A DNA stretch of 64,000 bases from Phoronis australis (Eukaryota; Animalia; Phoronida): NCBI GenBank assembly GCA_002633005.1, contig NMRA01000034.1, positions 705,766-769,765 of the forward strand, given 5' to 3'. The position numbers and the translations under genes were made by a program. Below, one piece after another: positions 41,501-56,500 of the stretch. Each line of letters opens with the position of its first letter. Position 1 is the first letter of the stretch. The notes under the pieces are model-generated. The model was given only the letters and a program-made list of their open reading frames with translations, was not told where the DNA came from and made no database searches.

Positions 41501-44500
41501 AATCCTACTACTGGACGAAGCCACGTCAGCTCTTGACACCGAGAGTGAGGCTGTAGTGCAGGCTGCTCTGGACAAGGTGAGATATGGGAGGGGTTAGTTG
41601 TGGCCATGAGTTCTGGGACTTTGCGTCCTATACTGCCATTCGTTTCCCAACCCTTTGTGTTAATGCACACGACTAGTTGGCTGTTAGTGGGAGCGCTGCC
41701 TGAGCAGTTTGCTGTGTTTGGCATATACATGATATAATAGCCACTTCTCATAATACTAACGCCTTTGATACTGTGTTATTTACCCACAGCTTAGCACGTT
41801 AGTAGGACCCCACAGCTGCCATCTGATTTGCCAAACCCAGGTCCAGGAAATTCAAATATTTCTTCATTGCGTTTCTAGGCTCGGATGGGCCGCACAACTA
41901 TTGTGATTGCACATCGGCTGTCGACGGTTCGCACGGCAGACGTGATCGTTGGTATAGAGAATGGGGAGGTGAAGGAAGCTGGCACACACTCTGAACTAAT
42001 GGCCAAAGAAGGCCTCTACTACCAGCTGGTCACGTCGCAGACTGACAGCAGTGGTAAGTCATAGGAAGGTGACGTTGCACAGCGATAACTTTCGATAACT
42101 TTAGTGTGTGCTCTGCATCATTGACGCATTAGTATTTTCATTGGTGGACTGTGGTTGCTCAACTGGGGCCAAATGATGCATTAAAATTATGTCCCGATTA
42201 CGCACGATATTTGTCTTAAATGAAACCCATTCCATTTACGTTGATTTCTAAGGTGAAGGCAATGCAGAGTGGCTCATCAAAACTAAAGTGAGTGATCAAA
42301 ACAATATCTCAGCAATATGGGTCTTGCATTTGCGAAAATGTTGAAATTCAGATTAGTTTAATTACTAAAAATCATTTAAACCAATCACTAATCACGTACG
42401 TGGAACATACTGAGGTAGCAGACAAAATGTGAAATATTAAAATGTCACCTCACAAAGTCAAATTGCAAAATGACAGAAAAAACTATCATGACCCTTAGGT
42501 CCTCAAAATTTAACCCATAGATTTGAGGCCCTGTCATCAGTTGACCTACAGGCATGTTTTCTAAAATGATTCTTGTAGTAGTAACTGTGTTCACTGAACT
42601 AATAGTGAAATTGGATGTCGGCTGTTCTGTGCAAATTGAAGAGAAGAAACAGTGTTTGGCTGGTTAAGTGTCATCAAAACTGTGATTTGAAAATAATGGA
42701 GACGACTTGGACTTGAAAAAAGAACTTCTGTGTAAACAAAAATGGCAGCTATGCTATTGGTTTGCAAATAAAGAGATGGGATGAAGAATTTGTTTTGTCA
42801 AATAATTGTTGGTGCTCGTTGTGATCTGATTATGCATATCACGAGAGTGCGTCAGGGGTATGTTACACGAAAAGTGTTTTAAGATTCAAAACAAGTTTGG
42901 TCTTACTGTCGTAATTTTTGTCTGTATTTTTGTGTTTTTGTAGAAAACAAAAGTAAGTGTCTGAATGTTGTGCACCATTTGTTGGTGGATTTCTTTGATT
43001 TATCAAGTAGCTCTTCTTGCAGTCACGGACATTTCTGTTCTTATTTTTGATGTGGATATCAGAAATATTTGATCCGTAGTTTCATGTGTTTCAGTCTCAG
43101 CATAACAGTAGATGTCTTGAATTTTTAGTTAAAGGCGAAGGCAACCTTTTTCCATGTCATTTTGAGCTAAAATAAGGTTGGTTGGTTATCCTAGACATAT
43201 TTTCCACTTAATTACAGCTTTTCGTAATTTTATTAATTACTCGTCCGCTACTCCGGAAGTGACGTTTTAGGAGGCAAGCATTTCGCGCCAATTTCTTTTC
43301 ATGTAGTCTGACTGTGAGAGCTGCCGAGTCAGTCATTGTTCTACCTCAGTTGTGTTAAGTTCCGTCGTCGTTTGCTTTCATTTACTAGTCAGTCAACATG
43401 CCACACTGTTGCTGNAAAAGAAATTGGCGGAAATGCTTGCCTCCTAAAACGTCACTTCCGGAGTAGCGGACGAGTAATTAATAAAATTACGAAAAGCTGT
43501 AATTAAGTGGAAAATATGTCTAGGATAACCAACCAACCTTATTTTAGCTCAAAATGACATGGAAAAAGGTTGCCTTCGCCTTTAACATGAATTTTATTTC
43601 TGTAGTAAGCAACACTACAATCTTTAAGTTTCACCCCTGACTGTTTTAAGGTTATGTAGGACCCTGAGAAGTTCGAAACATTGTATCTCACAAATGGCAG
43701 ATCGTATTCAAATGAAACTTTGCTTTGTACGCTGTTCTCCAAAATTCTGTTATTAGGAATTGTTTTTAAAACAATCCACTTTGGCGAGAGGGGCCCTCAA
43801 AAATAGGGCAACAATATTTGTTACGAAAAAATCGAAAGTTGCATAAAACGAAAACGAAATGATCATTTGGCTGAATACGCATACTTGCTGATAATGCCCT
43901 CCGTATGTAACCTTAACCTCTGTCTTGTGATGGTATGCATTATGGTGTGAGGGAGTGATTGTTCATTATGAAAGTAAAAACCTAACAGATTATCTGGATG
44001 TCACCTGTGGTAAGTGCTACTTTCACTTAAACGTGCTATAAACCTGTGCTTTCTGTCAGAAACCATCTTTTGATCTAGGGTATCCATCTCATTTTGTTCT
44101 TAACTCGCATTAGAAATGACTTCTCAGGAGGGGATCTAATCTTTTTACTCAAAATCAAACTCGAAATTGTTTGTATCATCTGTTCTACTTTGGTATGAAC
44201 TCAAAATAAGTGTCTGTTACTCAGTGCTCGAATGTATCATGATTTACATGTGTGACGGTCTAATACTATTTTGCACTTGATGACTCCAGCATTAAAGCTA
44301 TACGTTCGAGTCTTGAGTTCAAAATTTCAACTTTTACTCGAAATCTCAAGTTTTTACTCGAGTTTGTAACTAGGGGTCACCAAGGGTGAATGTGGACTAC
44401 ACACTACACAATGGTTTGCATAATCCATAATGTACTCAAGCACAGAATAAATAATAATTTAATAAGTTCAGTCTGTATTAAAGGAAATACCAAATATTAG

Positions 44501-47500
44501 TGATCAATTATAAGTAGTAAAAAGATTGGATCCTGGCCCTGGATTTGAGAAGACCTGGTATTTCGTTATGTTACATCACAGCTGATAGGTTTCAACTGGC
44601 GAAGCAGTATGGCCATTAGAGGAAATCAAATTCAAATTTCAGGGTAATAGTCACTTACAGTGGTCCCGGATTTTAAGAACCAGCTTGGTGCCCATTATTC
44701 TGTGGGGAAACTGGTTCTTAATGTGCTAAGTGACTGTTACCAATTTCAGTTCAAACAAAAGTTGTTGACATCAGTGTAGGTGACGTTGCTTTGCTTTGAA
44801 AGTACGAACATGACTGTAGCATGTTTTTTGACACTAGATGAGGATTTATTGTTCCTTTAAATTTGGAAGTCTGACAACTTTTGGTTTTAACTCATTCCTT
44901 TCAATTTTATTTCAATGACTATATTAAACTTAACAAAGTTTAGGTAATTATAAACCTGCATTCTGTCCAAAAAGCAAAGTTTTGACTTAAACAACATTAC
45001 CATGACTATGAAGGTGGTCTCAACTTGTTCCTTGCTCAAATGAGAGTTTACTTTTGGTGGCTTTCAAGATAAAACGCCATGAGGAAGGACAATCATTGTC
45101 CACGAATGCGATGAAAGTTGAGGACTGTTTAACAGTGATCTGGTGGTATATTAGATGAGAATTAACAAGATTTAGCATTATTAGACTGAAGGGAATGTGT
45201 GTTTTAATGTATTCCTTTCAATTGGTTTTTATGCAGAAAACGACGACAACGAGACAATCTCAGTGGCAGAGTTTAAGAAGATTGTTACTTTGAACAACAG
45301 TAATCGAGCAGAGACGCCGGCATCTCAGAACTCATTTCACCGTCGCTCGACCAGAGTGGGAAGTGTGAATCGGCCCAGTCATGTTCAGCCGCGGAAATCA
45401 TTTTTGGAAGAGGTTTGTAGGTTAATCACCTTCATTGCAGGCTCGTAGGTTCTGGGTGCATGAGCTTGTAGGCCTCTGGATGTATTAACGGGTGTGTATA
45501 GGTCTGGAATCGGGCACACATGCTTGTATGTGAAATATCGGAATGAAATCAAGGAGAAAGTTTGATGGCATGTCAGAAAGGTTTGAATTATACAAATTAT
45601 ATCAAAACTGTTGTTTTCATTTGAAATGGGTGATAAATAAGTGAATCCTGTTATTATACAAGTTGAATGAAATGTTAAAATGTTGTTCAAAGTGCCATGA
45701 AAGTCCACAAAAGCACTATTTGTAAAATCCTGATTTGGTCCATGTATGTGCACCTGCTTTTTATTACAGGGCTTGGAATAATGACCAATGACAAAAATTG
45801 CGGAAACTTTTGCGGCCCAAAACATGCGCGGTACCCAGCTTTGAAATAGTTGATGTGAACCTTTCGCCGACAAAAATCGGGAGGACTAAAAAAAAAACGT
45901 TACCACCATCAGTAACATGCGTCTGCGTCTTTTTAGCTTGTCCGTCCACTCCCCCACACTCACCCCCACACATTTTTGGCTGCAGAGCCGTAGTATTTGT
46001 CTCCGCGGTTTACAATCACGCGAGACGCCATTGAAAATCCTAGCACGCTATCCCAGATGCCCCGGCAATGTTGACAATTTACGTTCCTCCGAAACATAAA
46101 GAGCTTTTCGAGGTGAACATCGTCGGCAACGCCACGGTAAGAAAGGAATTTGCCGCGGAAATTTTATATCAAATTCGATTTTTTTTACGCGGAAATATAA
46201 TAAAATGCGCGGACAGAACATTTGAAAAAAGTGGAAATCCGCGTTTCCGCGGAAAATTCCTTGTTATTAAGCTTACGTAGCACATTATCTCTGTTTTTAA
46301 CGAAATATCTACAAAGCTAGAGAATTTAACATTTTCTAAAAGTAGAAGGTCTGAAAGCTGCAGAATTTGATGTTTAACAACCAAAGTACAACCACTTAGA
46401 TCACACGACCATTTATTTGTAGTAAAATTTAGCAAAAAAGAAAGGTATATTGATATAGCGAAACAACAACGCCATTGGCATGGCCAAATTTCATATCATG
46501 TAGATGTCCAAGATAAAATCTCAAAAAACAGTTAGTTTTTTAATATATCGGTTCGTTTTCACTTCATGTACCTTTTGAGTTTTTCATAAAAACCACGAAA
46601 GTTCTTTTTTCATAGTCCCTTATGCAAAAGACAGTGTAACATTTTTAAAAAATTCATAGCAGCGTTTTGGAAAACAGTGCATTAACCATAGATACGAACG
46701 CTTCATGTGCATCCAATCAGCCATTTATGAGATATGTTATTCCGAAGGTTGCCAAATTTGGTCATGACCTTAACCTTCATTTCCAGTGTTTGTGTCCAAA
46801 TTATCATTCCTCTATCTAGTGCCCAACATTTTATGCAGGAGGAAGTTCTTCTGGAGGCATCGTTCTTCCGTGTAATCAAATACAACGCCAAGGAGTGGCC
46901 ATTCATTGTCTTTGGTTGTATTTCTGCTGTTGGCAGCGGGGCCATCATGCCGGCATTTGCTGTCATTTACGCCTCTGTAATCAAGGTGCAGTATCAACTT
47001 TCAGTATTTGGTTCATGTATGACGTAAACTCATTTGACATTTTAAATTGCTAGCTGTACCTTTTTCCAAAATTGAGTTAAACATCCTAAGGTTGTCATGA
47101 TTTAAACTCATTTGATATCTTCAATTGCCAGCTGTACCCCTTTCAAATTTGGGTTGTGTAACCTAGGTTTGTAATACAAATTGTAGTACAAAACAGACAG
47201 CAGGAATTAGAGTATTTTTACCTAATGATGACAACTTTTGCTTACAACCAATGAAAATGTCGGGTATTTGTTCCGCAAATTCCTAAATAACGAGTAATGC
47301 TCCATGTCTAGCCACAACGCCAGATAGCTACAGTGACGGAAAATTCTACTTACGCTAAGCTGTCATATCCGGGAATTCTGGGTTATTTTGTCGGACTGCT
47401 TTTGACGTTCACATTGGAATGACCATTATGCCTTGTAGCCTATGACTCAGCTATGGTCCTTGTTCTCATCAACTTCGACTTCTCTCCAGGTGTTTGTAGT

Positions 47501-50500
47501 GGCTGATCCAGTGGAGAAGGAGGCCACGTCCCTCATAATCGCCATCCTCTTCCTAGTGGTGGGGTTCGCCGGAGCTATAGCCACTTTCTTGCAGAACTTT
47601 CTCTTCACAATATCCGGCGAACGACTGACAGAGAGACTGAGGGGTCTCGCCTTCAAGTCTATATTGCGCCAGGTTGGGTTTTAGATTATTTTTGCTGGTG
47701 TTTTGGCCATGCAGGGAAAGAAAACTCATTATGATTCAAGAACACTTTTCTACTTATTTGATCTTCATGGCAACTGCGATAAAGCAATATTTGGTGAAAT
47801 TTAGATTACTTTCAGTCCTTAAATTAGCTTTTGAGGAATAGAAAAGTGACAATTTTAGGAATCGACAGTCTCCTACATGTAACAATGATACTAAGGCTGA
47901 TTTTGGTCAAAATTGCCATAACATTCAAAATATAATCAAGGTTACTCTATCACTTAAGGTACGTCTTGAACTTTATAATAGAAAGTGATTCACATCTGCA
48001 TACTGAGCATTCAATGAAAAGCAGTGTCAAAATTGGGGGTTGACCAATTCTTTTGAGATTCAACCAATTTATATCAATCACAAGTGACCTCGATACGCTT
48101 CAACCGAAGAAAGCAATGGCCACCATGGCAAGAAATTCTTTGTCTTTCAGAGATGATCATCATATTTCATGGTTTCCGTATTTACATATTAATAACAAGA
48201 ACAAAATGCCGCTTTAAGTATTCTGTGATGTTGAATGGTGACTAGCATTTTCAATTATGCTAAAACTTGATAAAACATCACTTGCATAGCTTTAGAGAGC
48301 TGTTGATAAAAACATGGAATACAGATTGAATGAATCTAAGAATTCTGTTCTTGTTTCTCTGCACTAATAACAGTTAGTTTCCTGTCGTAGGAAATTGGCT
48401 GGTTTGACGATCATCGGAACAGCACCGGTACCTTGACGACGCGCCTAGCAACAGATGCCTCCAGTGTACAAGGGGTATTGTCTTAGTATTACTTTTTTGT
48501 GGACATTAAAAATCCTCACCCTTGTAATATCTGGCAACTGCGAAAATTGGTAGTCATAACTACACCATTGAGAGACAATACCCAGAACCACCCATTTCCA
48601 CCATGTTTGTTTACCTTCATGCGAGGCCTATGCACGTCTGGTATAACGTGTATCAGACCACCTGCAATTGTTTGTATCACTCTTTTGTCCAGTATCACAC
48701 AAACTCATAACAGTTGTCATTCAAGTCATTGGTTATGTTATAGTCGCTCTGCTTCACACAAAAGGAACTTTGAGCAGTAAGTTGTTAATGCCCTGCATTA
48801 GTGTTGGTGATTCTTTTACAGGATGCTGTGGTGTGGGCCAGATTTCTATTATACCAACTTTGTAAATTGTGAACACATACAGTGTCTCAAAACAATGTCT
48901 GATGCAAGCTATAGTATAGAACTTTAATATAATAAAGCATTTAATTGGCGTGACTTAATGTTTTATGATGAAATGCCACGTCCTTAGTTGGTGAGGTTTA
49001 GCCACTTGATAGTGATATGATGTTACCAATTTAGGGCACAATATGGTCGACAAGTGAAAAAATTTTTTTCACTTTGTCATAAAAGATAAGTAGCACAAAA
49101 TAAATACTATAACATTTTTAAAGGTCTGTACTATAACTACTACCAGACAATAACTGTGAAAAGTTGAGGGCATTCATAACTACTGTTAGAAGTCTTTGAA
49201 AAATATGAAAAAATATCAGTTTTGGCAATTATTTTTATCTGAAATGGGTGAAAGTTTGCCATTGTAAGAACGCAAATACTGTAAACGCTGATCTTTCATC
49301 GACAGGCGTCTGGGTCTCAGATTGGCATATTCCTGCAGAACTGCACGGGAATGGGTGTTGCTGTGGTGATTGGCTTCTTCTTCAGCTGGCGTCTGGCGCT
49401 GGTTGCCATGGGTTTTGTGCCCTTCATGGCGCTGTCTATGTTTTTCCGTATGAGCATGATGACGCGGTCGGCTCAGAAGGACAAGAAGGCAATGGAGGGA
49501 GCAGGCAAGGTAACTATGCACCCTCATAGTGATGGAGGTGTCTGACATTGCTGGTGATATGAAAACCGTAATCATATTGAAGAATGGGGGTGGTATTAAC
49601 TAAGAAGCATGGGTATTTGAAAATGAAATGTTTGAGAAGTCTGAGATTGGTATTTACTGGATCAGTCGATTTGCTCTGGCAATTGCCTACACCATTTTTT
49701 CACACAAGTCCAATAGAATGCACTTGGGTCAAAAGAAGCAAATGACGTTTTGTGAATGTGACAAGGTGCCATTGAATCTAACAGTTGGTTACACAAAGGT
49801 AAGCGGCTCTGTATGTTTTGGAAAATAAAATTTTCTTGAGACCGGCACCCACATTGACACTGTCACTTTTAAGGAAGTCTAGGTTGTAAAAATGAGGGTG
49901 GGTCGAAGTTGAGCACGTGTGTTTAAGACCTGAACACTTTAACTTAGGACCATTCCAGGCTTAGCTATGCAAAACCCATAGGGGAAAATAAAACAGTTGT
50001 CTTCTAGGCCTGGACCATAAACCCTTTGTTGAACTGTATTTACTTACACAGTCCAACTGAGACTGTTGTATGACTAAGAGCAGGGTTCCCCAAGAACTGC
50101 CTTCACTGACCTTGTTTGTCCAAAAGGCCTATTGTGTGTGAAGGAAATCCATGATTACTACTGTCTGCAAAATTCTAACCCCACTAAGCGGGCTAGTTAC
50201 CCCCTCCAAACCCAAAATGAATATAGAATGTTTCATCTGGAGCAATTTCTCAGCATATATGGATTTAAGTTCACTAAATACATATGCCACACTACCAAAG
50301 TTCACTGAACACAGTTAAAAGCTATAAAATATTTAAATAAGTGTTCAGTTTATTGTCTTTTTGCATCACCATTTTTATGACGTCAAAAGTACGCTACCAG
50401 CAAGCCACAACCCCTCCCTCCCTACAGTGCACTCTCCTGAAAATTTTGATAATTACGAACGGCCAGAAATGAAAGTACCACCTTGATACCGTGTATGTAT

Positions 50501-53500
50501 GTCATGTGTATCATGCCATCAGCTAAAACGAGAACACAATGTTCTTACCCCTTTAAACTACAATTCATGCTTACACTAGAATGCTTGCTGTAAGACATAT
50601 GACGGTGGATCTTTCAGTAAACAGAGAAGTACTGGTGTCTGGTTTCTGTTGCAGGCATTTCTTGAAGCATCTGTTAACATCCGGACAGTTGCTTCACTTG
50701 GCTTGGAGAAGCATTTCATCTCTGAATTCACAAGTCGCCTGGACAAGCCTCACAAGTAGGTTAGCTTGGATTCTAAACAGTTGCATTTGTGTGAATTTTC
50801 TTGTTGTTCATTTGACTTTCCAGCATTGCTTTGCTGAAGGCTGGGTATAAATTATTTTACGATTAGAAATCCTGAATGAACTGTAAGGTGTGCCAGATTC
50901 TTGTTAAATGAAACAAATGTCGTTACCTGTACAGAAGACATTCCTACTCGCCACGCTACGATTCACAGCTGTCTGGTCAATTATTCAACATATGCTTATA
51001 CATTGCTTATTAACAGCCAGATTATGTATTAAAACTTGATATGCTTTTGAACCTTAATTTGCCAGTGTTGAGTTGCTACTAGTTCATGGGAAGGGAACTG
51101 TAAACTTGTCAGCACTGTGTCCGTTTCCTGTAAGAAGACATGACGTGGACGAAGATTCCTACATAGAAAAAGCAATCCGTGTTTGTCTGTATTAACGGAG
51201 GGTGCTTTGTGAAGCTCAAAAATCAAAAGTTGGGGTGGGCATTAATCTGAGTGTGGACTTTGAATTTGTTTGGGAACTCCGGGGATGGATGCTGGTCCAA
51301 ATGATCCATCATGTTGAGACCCAGGGAGCTGTTTATGTCAGACTTTATAGGCAAGGTAAATAATAAGTTATAGAATGTCTAAAATTCGCACTTTTAAAGA
51401 ACTCTTGATCGTACTAATTGGGATTGGTCTGTGAACCAAGCATGGCTATTAAAAAGTGTAATTTTTTTGAATTTTCAGAGCTGGACATTAATCAGTGCTG
51501 AGGGTTATGTATCTAGACATGGGGGTTTACAGGGACAAGTATACAAATACTGGCATTTTAATTAATTTGCGTAAGTTAGAATAGTTTGACGTGCAATCCC
51601 TCAAGATAGCCTTGTATTGTTTTGCAGAGAAAACATGCGTAAGCTGCACTTCTTCGGCCTGGCCTATGGCTTCACTCAGAGTAACATGTTCTTCGCACAG
51701 GCAGCCATATTTTCTTACGGTGCTTATCTGGTGTCACTGAGTGCCACTGACCCAGACATCAACATCAAATTTGAAGACGTGATGAAGTGAGTGCTACTTT
51801 ATGGGCATTAATTATGATCATGGTTTTAGAAATTGTGGTCATTCGCAACAAGCCTGTGAAAATTTATATTTCGACAGTTGTTTTTGTCTTGATATTGGTG
51901 TGGTTTTACTAATTGTTGTCACCAGCTCATAATTTGCTACTGACACGTTAGGTATTGTTGTGGCCCCAGCTAGTTTCTTTATTATTCTGCACAGTGGGTT
52001 TGCACAAGGAAAATATTTCAGAAATGTCAATGTAGCTTCTTATTTGAGAGGTAATTTTAAAAAAGGTGTCAATTAGTCTATTAGACATAAACAATAGTAA
52101 ACTGTTGTTTATTTCAGTGCACTGTCGTTTTTGTGTTAACTTACTCGCTAAAATTATAAAAAATATATTCTTACAATATTAATCCAGGTGTGGAACATTT
52201 CCATGAAATTTCAGCTGTGGTGATAAACTGAAGTCTTGGACCAGTATACACAAAGCCCACTGTACACATGCCCAGACCCATGCACCTAAACTCCACACAT
52301 TTGACAAGAAAGCTACATGATACCTTGCTACCAAACTCCAGTCCTGAATTACATTCCTCAAGTGCACTGCAGTCACTCTTTTTACTCATAATCAAACTCA
52401 AAATTATTTTTACTTTTATGTGAGAACTGTCTATTATTTTGTACAAGTACATTCATTGTTTACAATAGAGTTTGTAGTACAGGTTCACTCTTGATGACCC
52501 ATAGATTCGAACTGCAAACTATCAAAAACTCAAGGTTTGGAGTTCATAAACGTTTTTATAGTTTTAATGTTGTAGTCCTCAAGTGCAAACTAGATATCCA
52601 ATGCATGTAAACCATAATGTACTTGAGCGACAAATAATGGATGATTATCTTGAATTTACACAAAAATGAAACGGAAAATTATCAATGATTTCGAGTGCAA
52701 AGCTTAGATCCCAGGCTCTGGTGAGGAATCTGGTCCCTGGGACAGGAGTTTTTGGCGGCCGTGTAGAGTTTAGCGTCGTGAGTCATGAGGCATGTACCAG
52801 GGATTTGCTGACTGCTGGTCTGGGACTTTGGGTGTAGGTGATGAAAGCTGAAATTTGGAAGTGTTGTCATATATGTTTCCAACCCCTGTTTAGAGATTCT
52901 GTTTTACTTGTCCAAAAGTTCTAATGTTTAGTGTTATTGACTAATAAGAATTATTGTGATGATGGGTAGGTTATGGCACTTCTACACATGGGGCCGTGGG
53001 TCACTTATAGCCAATTGTGAGGTTATTGTGACTGTTTTAGCAAGCAACTGTGTTTGAAACCTTGCTTGTGTGCATTTTGTTTGGCTTTTTGAAAAAGAGG
53101 TCAAAACCTTGGCCGAAATTGTTGCGGGCAGATGCTTTTTCTGTGACTGATGAGGCGTAGATTTCAGAATCAGTCTGAGTACAGAACCAACTATGCCTCT
53201 CTTGGCCTAATGTGGTGGTTGTTTTTATTTCAGAGTCTTTTCCTGTATTATCTTTGGTGCTATGGGCTTAGGCAGGGCGAGCTCATTCGCCGCAGACTAC
53301 GGCAAGGCCAAGGCTGCTGCGGCACGCATGTTTCAATTGTTTGACAGGGTGCCTGAAATAGACAATTTTAACAAGGAGGGTGAATGCCCTGTAAGTCCTT
53401 ATTTCGTATTTTGTTGCAGTAAAAGTGATTTGTTGAATTAGGTTTGCACAATATGCGTAGAAAATGCAGTGTCTGTGAATTGCCCACAATGACTCTTCAT

Positions 53501-56500
53501 TTTGGAGATGATGGCATCTACCAGTTTTAAGGAGATTCCAACAAGTACTGTGCTTGTTAGGTCATTTTGCATTACTTTTGTTTTTGTATCTGCTAAATCT
53601 CATCGATTGTCCATAATAAAAAAGAACTATACCTGAGCTTTTAACTGTTGCGTGACTCGTTGTGTGCACGTGTCCACGTGTATTGCTTTGTAGAAAATAT
53701 TGAAACATTCTCTTTTTTTGTCAACTCTGACTGTTGCAGATATCTCTTGTTGTCTCCTTATACCTTACATGGAACTGATCAGCTGCCCAAGAATAGTACC
53801 ATTTGTAGTGTACTGTGGGTCCATGTAAACGCTTCATGTTGCTCTTGTTTTTGAAAACTGCTGTATGTGTTACTTCTTGTTTTGAAATAATGTTGGGAAT
53901 GAATGTCTGCGTGAAGTTTAATGAGGGCTCACGAATTGTTGTCAGTTGAATATTTTATGTCGAATTGAACAGGGGTTACGAACCTGAATTTTTATTAAGT
54001 CAAACTGCGGGTAAATGTTCGCCAAACTAACGAGGGCAATGCACAGTTATTGATATGCTCCCACATGGTGCCTCAGTTATGCATACTGTTTGGGATGCTA
54101 ACAGTAATGTTTTTTGGAATACAATGAACCATTTGCTTCATCAATGACCACAAGTAACTGTGTCACGACTGTACTTGAATTTCAATAATTTACACCTTTT
54201 TCAGGAATCTTATACTGCCTCCCTCGAGTTCCGTGATGTGTGTTTTGTCTATCCTACCCGTCCCGAGGTCAAAGTACTCCGTGGACTTAATATCAGTGTC
54301 AACCCGGGTGAAACCCTGGCTCTGGTTGGTAGTTCGGGCTGCGGTAAATCTACAACAGTGCAGCTGTTGGAGCGATTTTATGACCCACTAGAGGGACATG
54401 TGGTATGTACTGCTTCAGAGTGAAGTTGGCGATGTTTGAATGTTTGCTTATTGCATGGTCTTTGACTCTTTTTATTCTTGGAAAAAAATTATCCTAAATC
54501 TAACTTTTCACTTGGAATTCAATTTCAGAACCTAAACAGCTAACAATTATCACTTTTAGTTCATTGTATATCAACTTATTTTTAGCTAGCGTTTAATTGC
54601 TATTAAGTCTCTGTTAATGCAGTAACTACACTGTCATACAAAAGGACTTTAGATGGGCTTTACTGATTAACAGGCTTCTTGATGACAGCAGCTCTTGTAC
54701 AAATCTATTGGTAAAGTACACGCTGCTGTGAAACAGGTCAAGCTTCTAATCACATGTATTATTCCGACGTCTGTTCCAGATGTTGGACAACAGAGACATC
54801 CAGAGTCTCAACCTGAGCTGGCTGAGACAGCAGATTGGGCTGGTGCTTCAGGAGCCCATCTTGTTTGACCGAACGATACGTGAGAACATAGAGTATGGAG
54901 ATAATGAACGGGAGGTCTCTGTGGATGAGGTTATTGAGGCGGCACGTCGTGCCAACATTCACAACTTCATCGAGTCCCTGCCTTTGGTAAGTGGTCTGGG
55001 TAGAAATATTGAAGATGGTGGAAATGAACAGTTGTAGTTTCCAAGAAAACTTGATATTTCGTCTTATCAAAAATTGCCGACATGTTGAAGTAAGAATTTA
55101 AGCATAACTTCGAGGAAACTTTTCTGACTACTACACTGTTTTGTAATCTATTGTTGCTAGTAGACAGGATGAACTGGTGAAAAGAAACTTAAAAGCAAAA
55201 AAGGAAGACCACTGAAATTGACTAATTGATTGTAACAATAGGTAACATTTCCTCAGTACTAAGCTGGTAAGTAACTGAAAATGAATTCTCTTAAGCTCAT
55301 AAGATTAGTCTCATTATCATATTCCTTATCATGAGATTTGATTTCCATTATCAACAAGAACATCGGAACTATCAGCTACCAATTAAATTGTTAAAGAGTT
55401 GGTGTAGCCAATCCCTAAAATTGCCAATTCAAAATTAGCGCATGTAGCCATTGCCCGAGACTTGAGTTACGTTGAGTGCGTTGGGTAAAATTTAGCATTG
55501 ACCTCTAAATTATGGCAAAATTCCCCATTATGTTTCCATTTATGCAGTGGACCATAAAATATGTGCACGATTCAGTTGGTATCTGGCAAAAGAATTATTT
55601 TTGACGTTACATTTGTTTCAACAGAAATGAGCGTGCTTCGACAGTGAGAAGTGAAAAAATAAAACATCTTACCTATTAAGAACCTGGTCCTTCTCTGAAC
55701 AGTGAGGTTAGGGTGAGGGAGAAACAATATTTTAAGAGCAGCACCATCTGCAGAGATGAATTTTCAAAATTTTCTGCATTCATACAGTATTTATAGGGAA
55801 CTTCCAGGAATTTTGGATGTTTTCGTAAATGGTAAAGCTGAAAACGATTGATTACATATTAATTGGATACTCCCTTGTGAAAGTACTTGGAATTTCCAAT
55901 TTTGGATACCAGAAGATTTGTTGCTCATCTTTACTGTGTTAGCCTATATGTAAATTCGTTGTTTTTTGTCGTCTATTTTGACAGCATAATTGTTAATCAG
56001 TTGCGAAATGTCTTGTGGCAAATTACAGGTGACCCCTGAACTATTTCTTGGTCATTATACTCGAGGGAATCCTTTTATAAATGGCTTTATCCGACTCGTC
56101 ATTGAAACTAGCTTTGTATATTTTGTGCTTGTTTTCAAAGTTTGTCACTGCATTTTGTCCCATTTTGCCTGAACATTGCGTTTATCGTATATAGACTTCT
56201 ATTCACATTATTGTCATTCGTCTGGCAGTTGCTTGCCAGTTTCAGAGGGAAAATGCACTTGGGAGGGGACAGCTGGTGAAAGTTTGCGTTGCAGCATATC
56301 CATTATTGTTGGTGTTAGAGTGTGGAGAGCAGTTTCAGATGTAGCACTCAAACAGCCATGTCTGCATTTTGATATCCAAATGTATGACTTAATCACGCGT
56401 CAATTTTAAAGCCTTATGACTGAAAGGATTTCAACAATAACAGTGAAAACTGGAAACTGTAGATGCCAAATATTTGACCGTTTGAATTTTTTTACAAAGG

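Noticed and set aside
41406-41576. Assignment to ABCB11/BSEP
   Set aside because: NBD1 Walker B keeps the catalytic Glu (LLLDE) and both ATP sites are canonical; ABCB1-like is the safer call without a tree.
45385-46435. Cluster of 60-160-aa ORFs in the track
   Set aside because: They overlap a CpG-rich repeat insertion or are antisense to a real exon; no recognisable domains.
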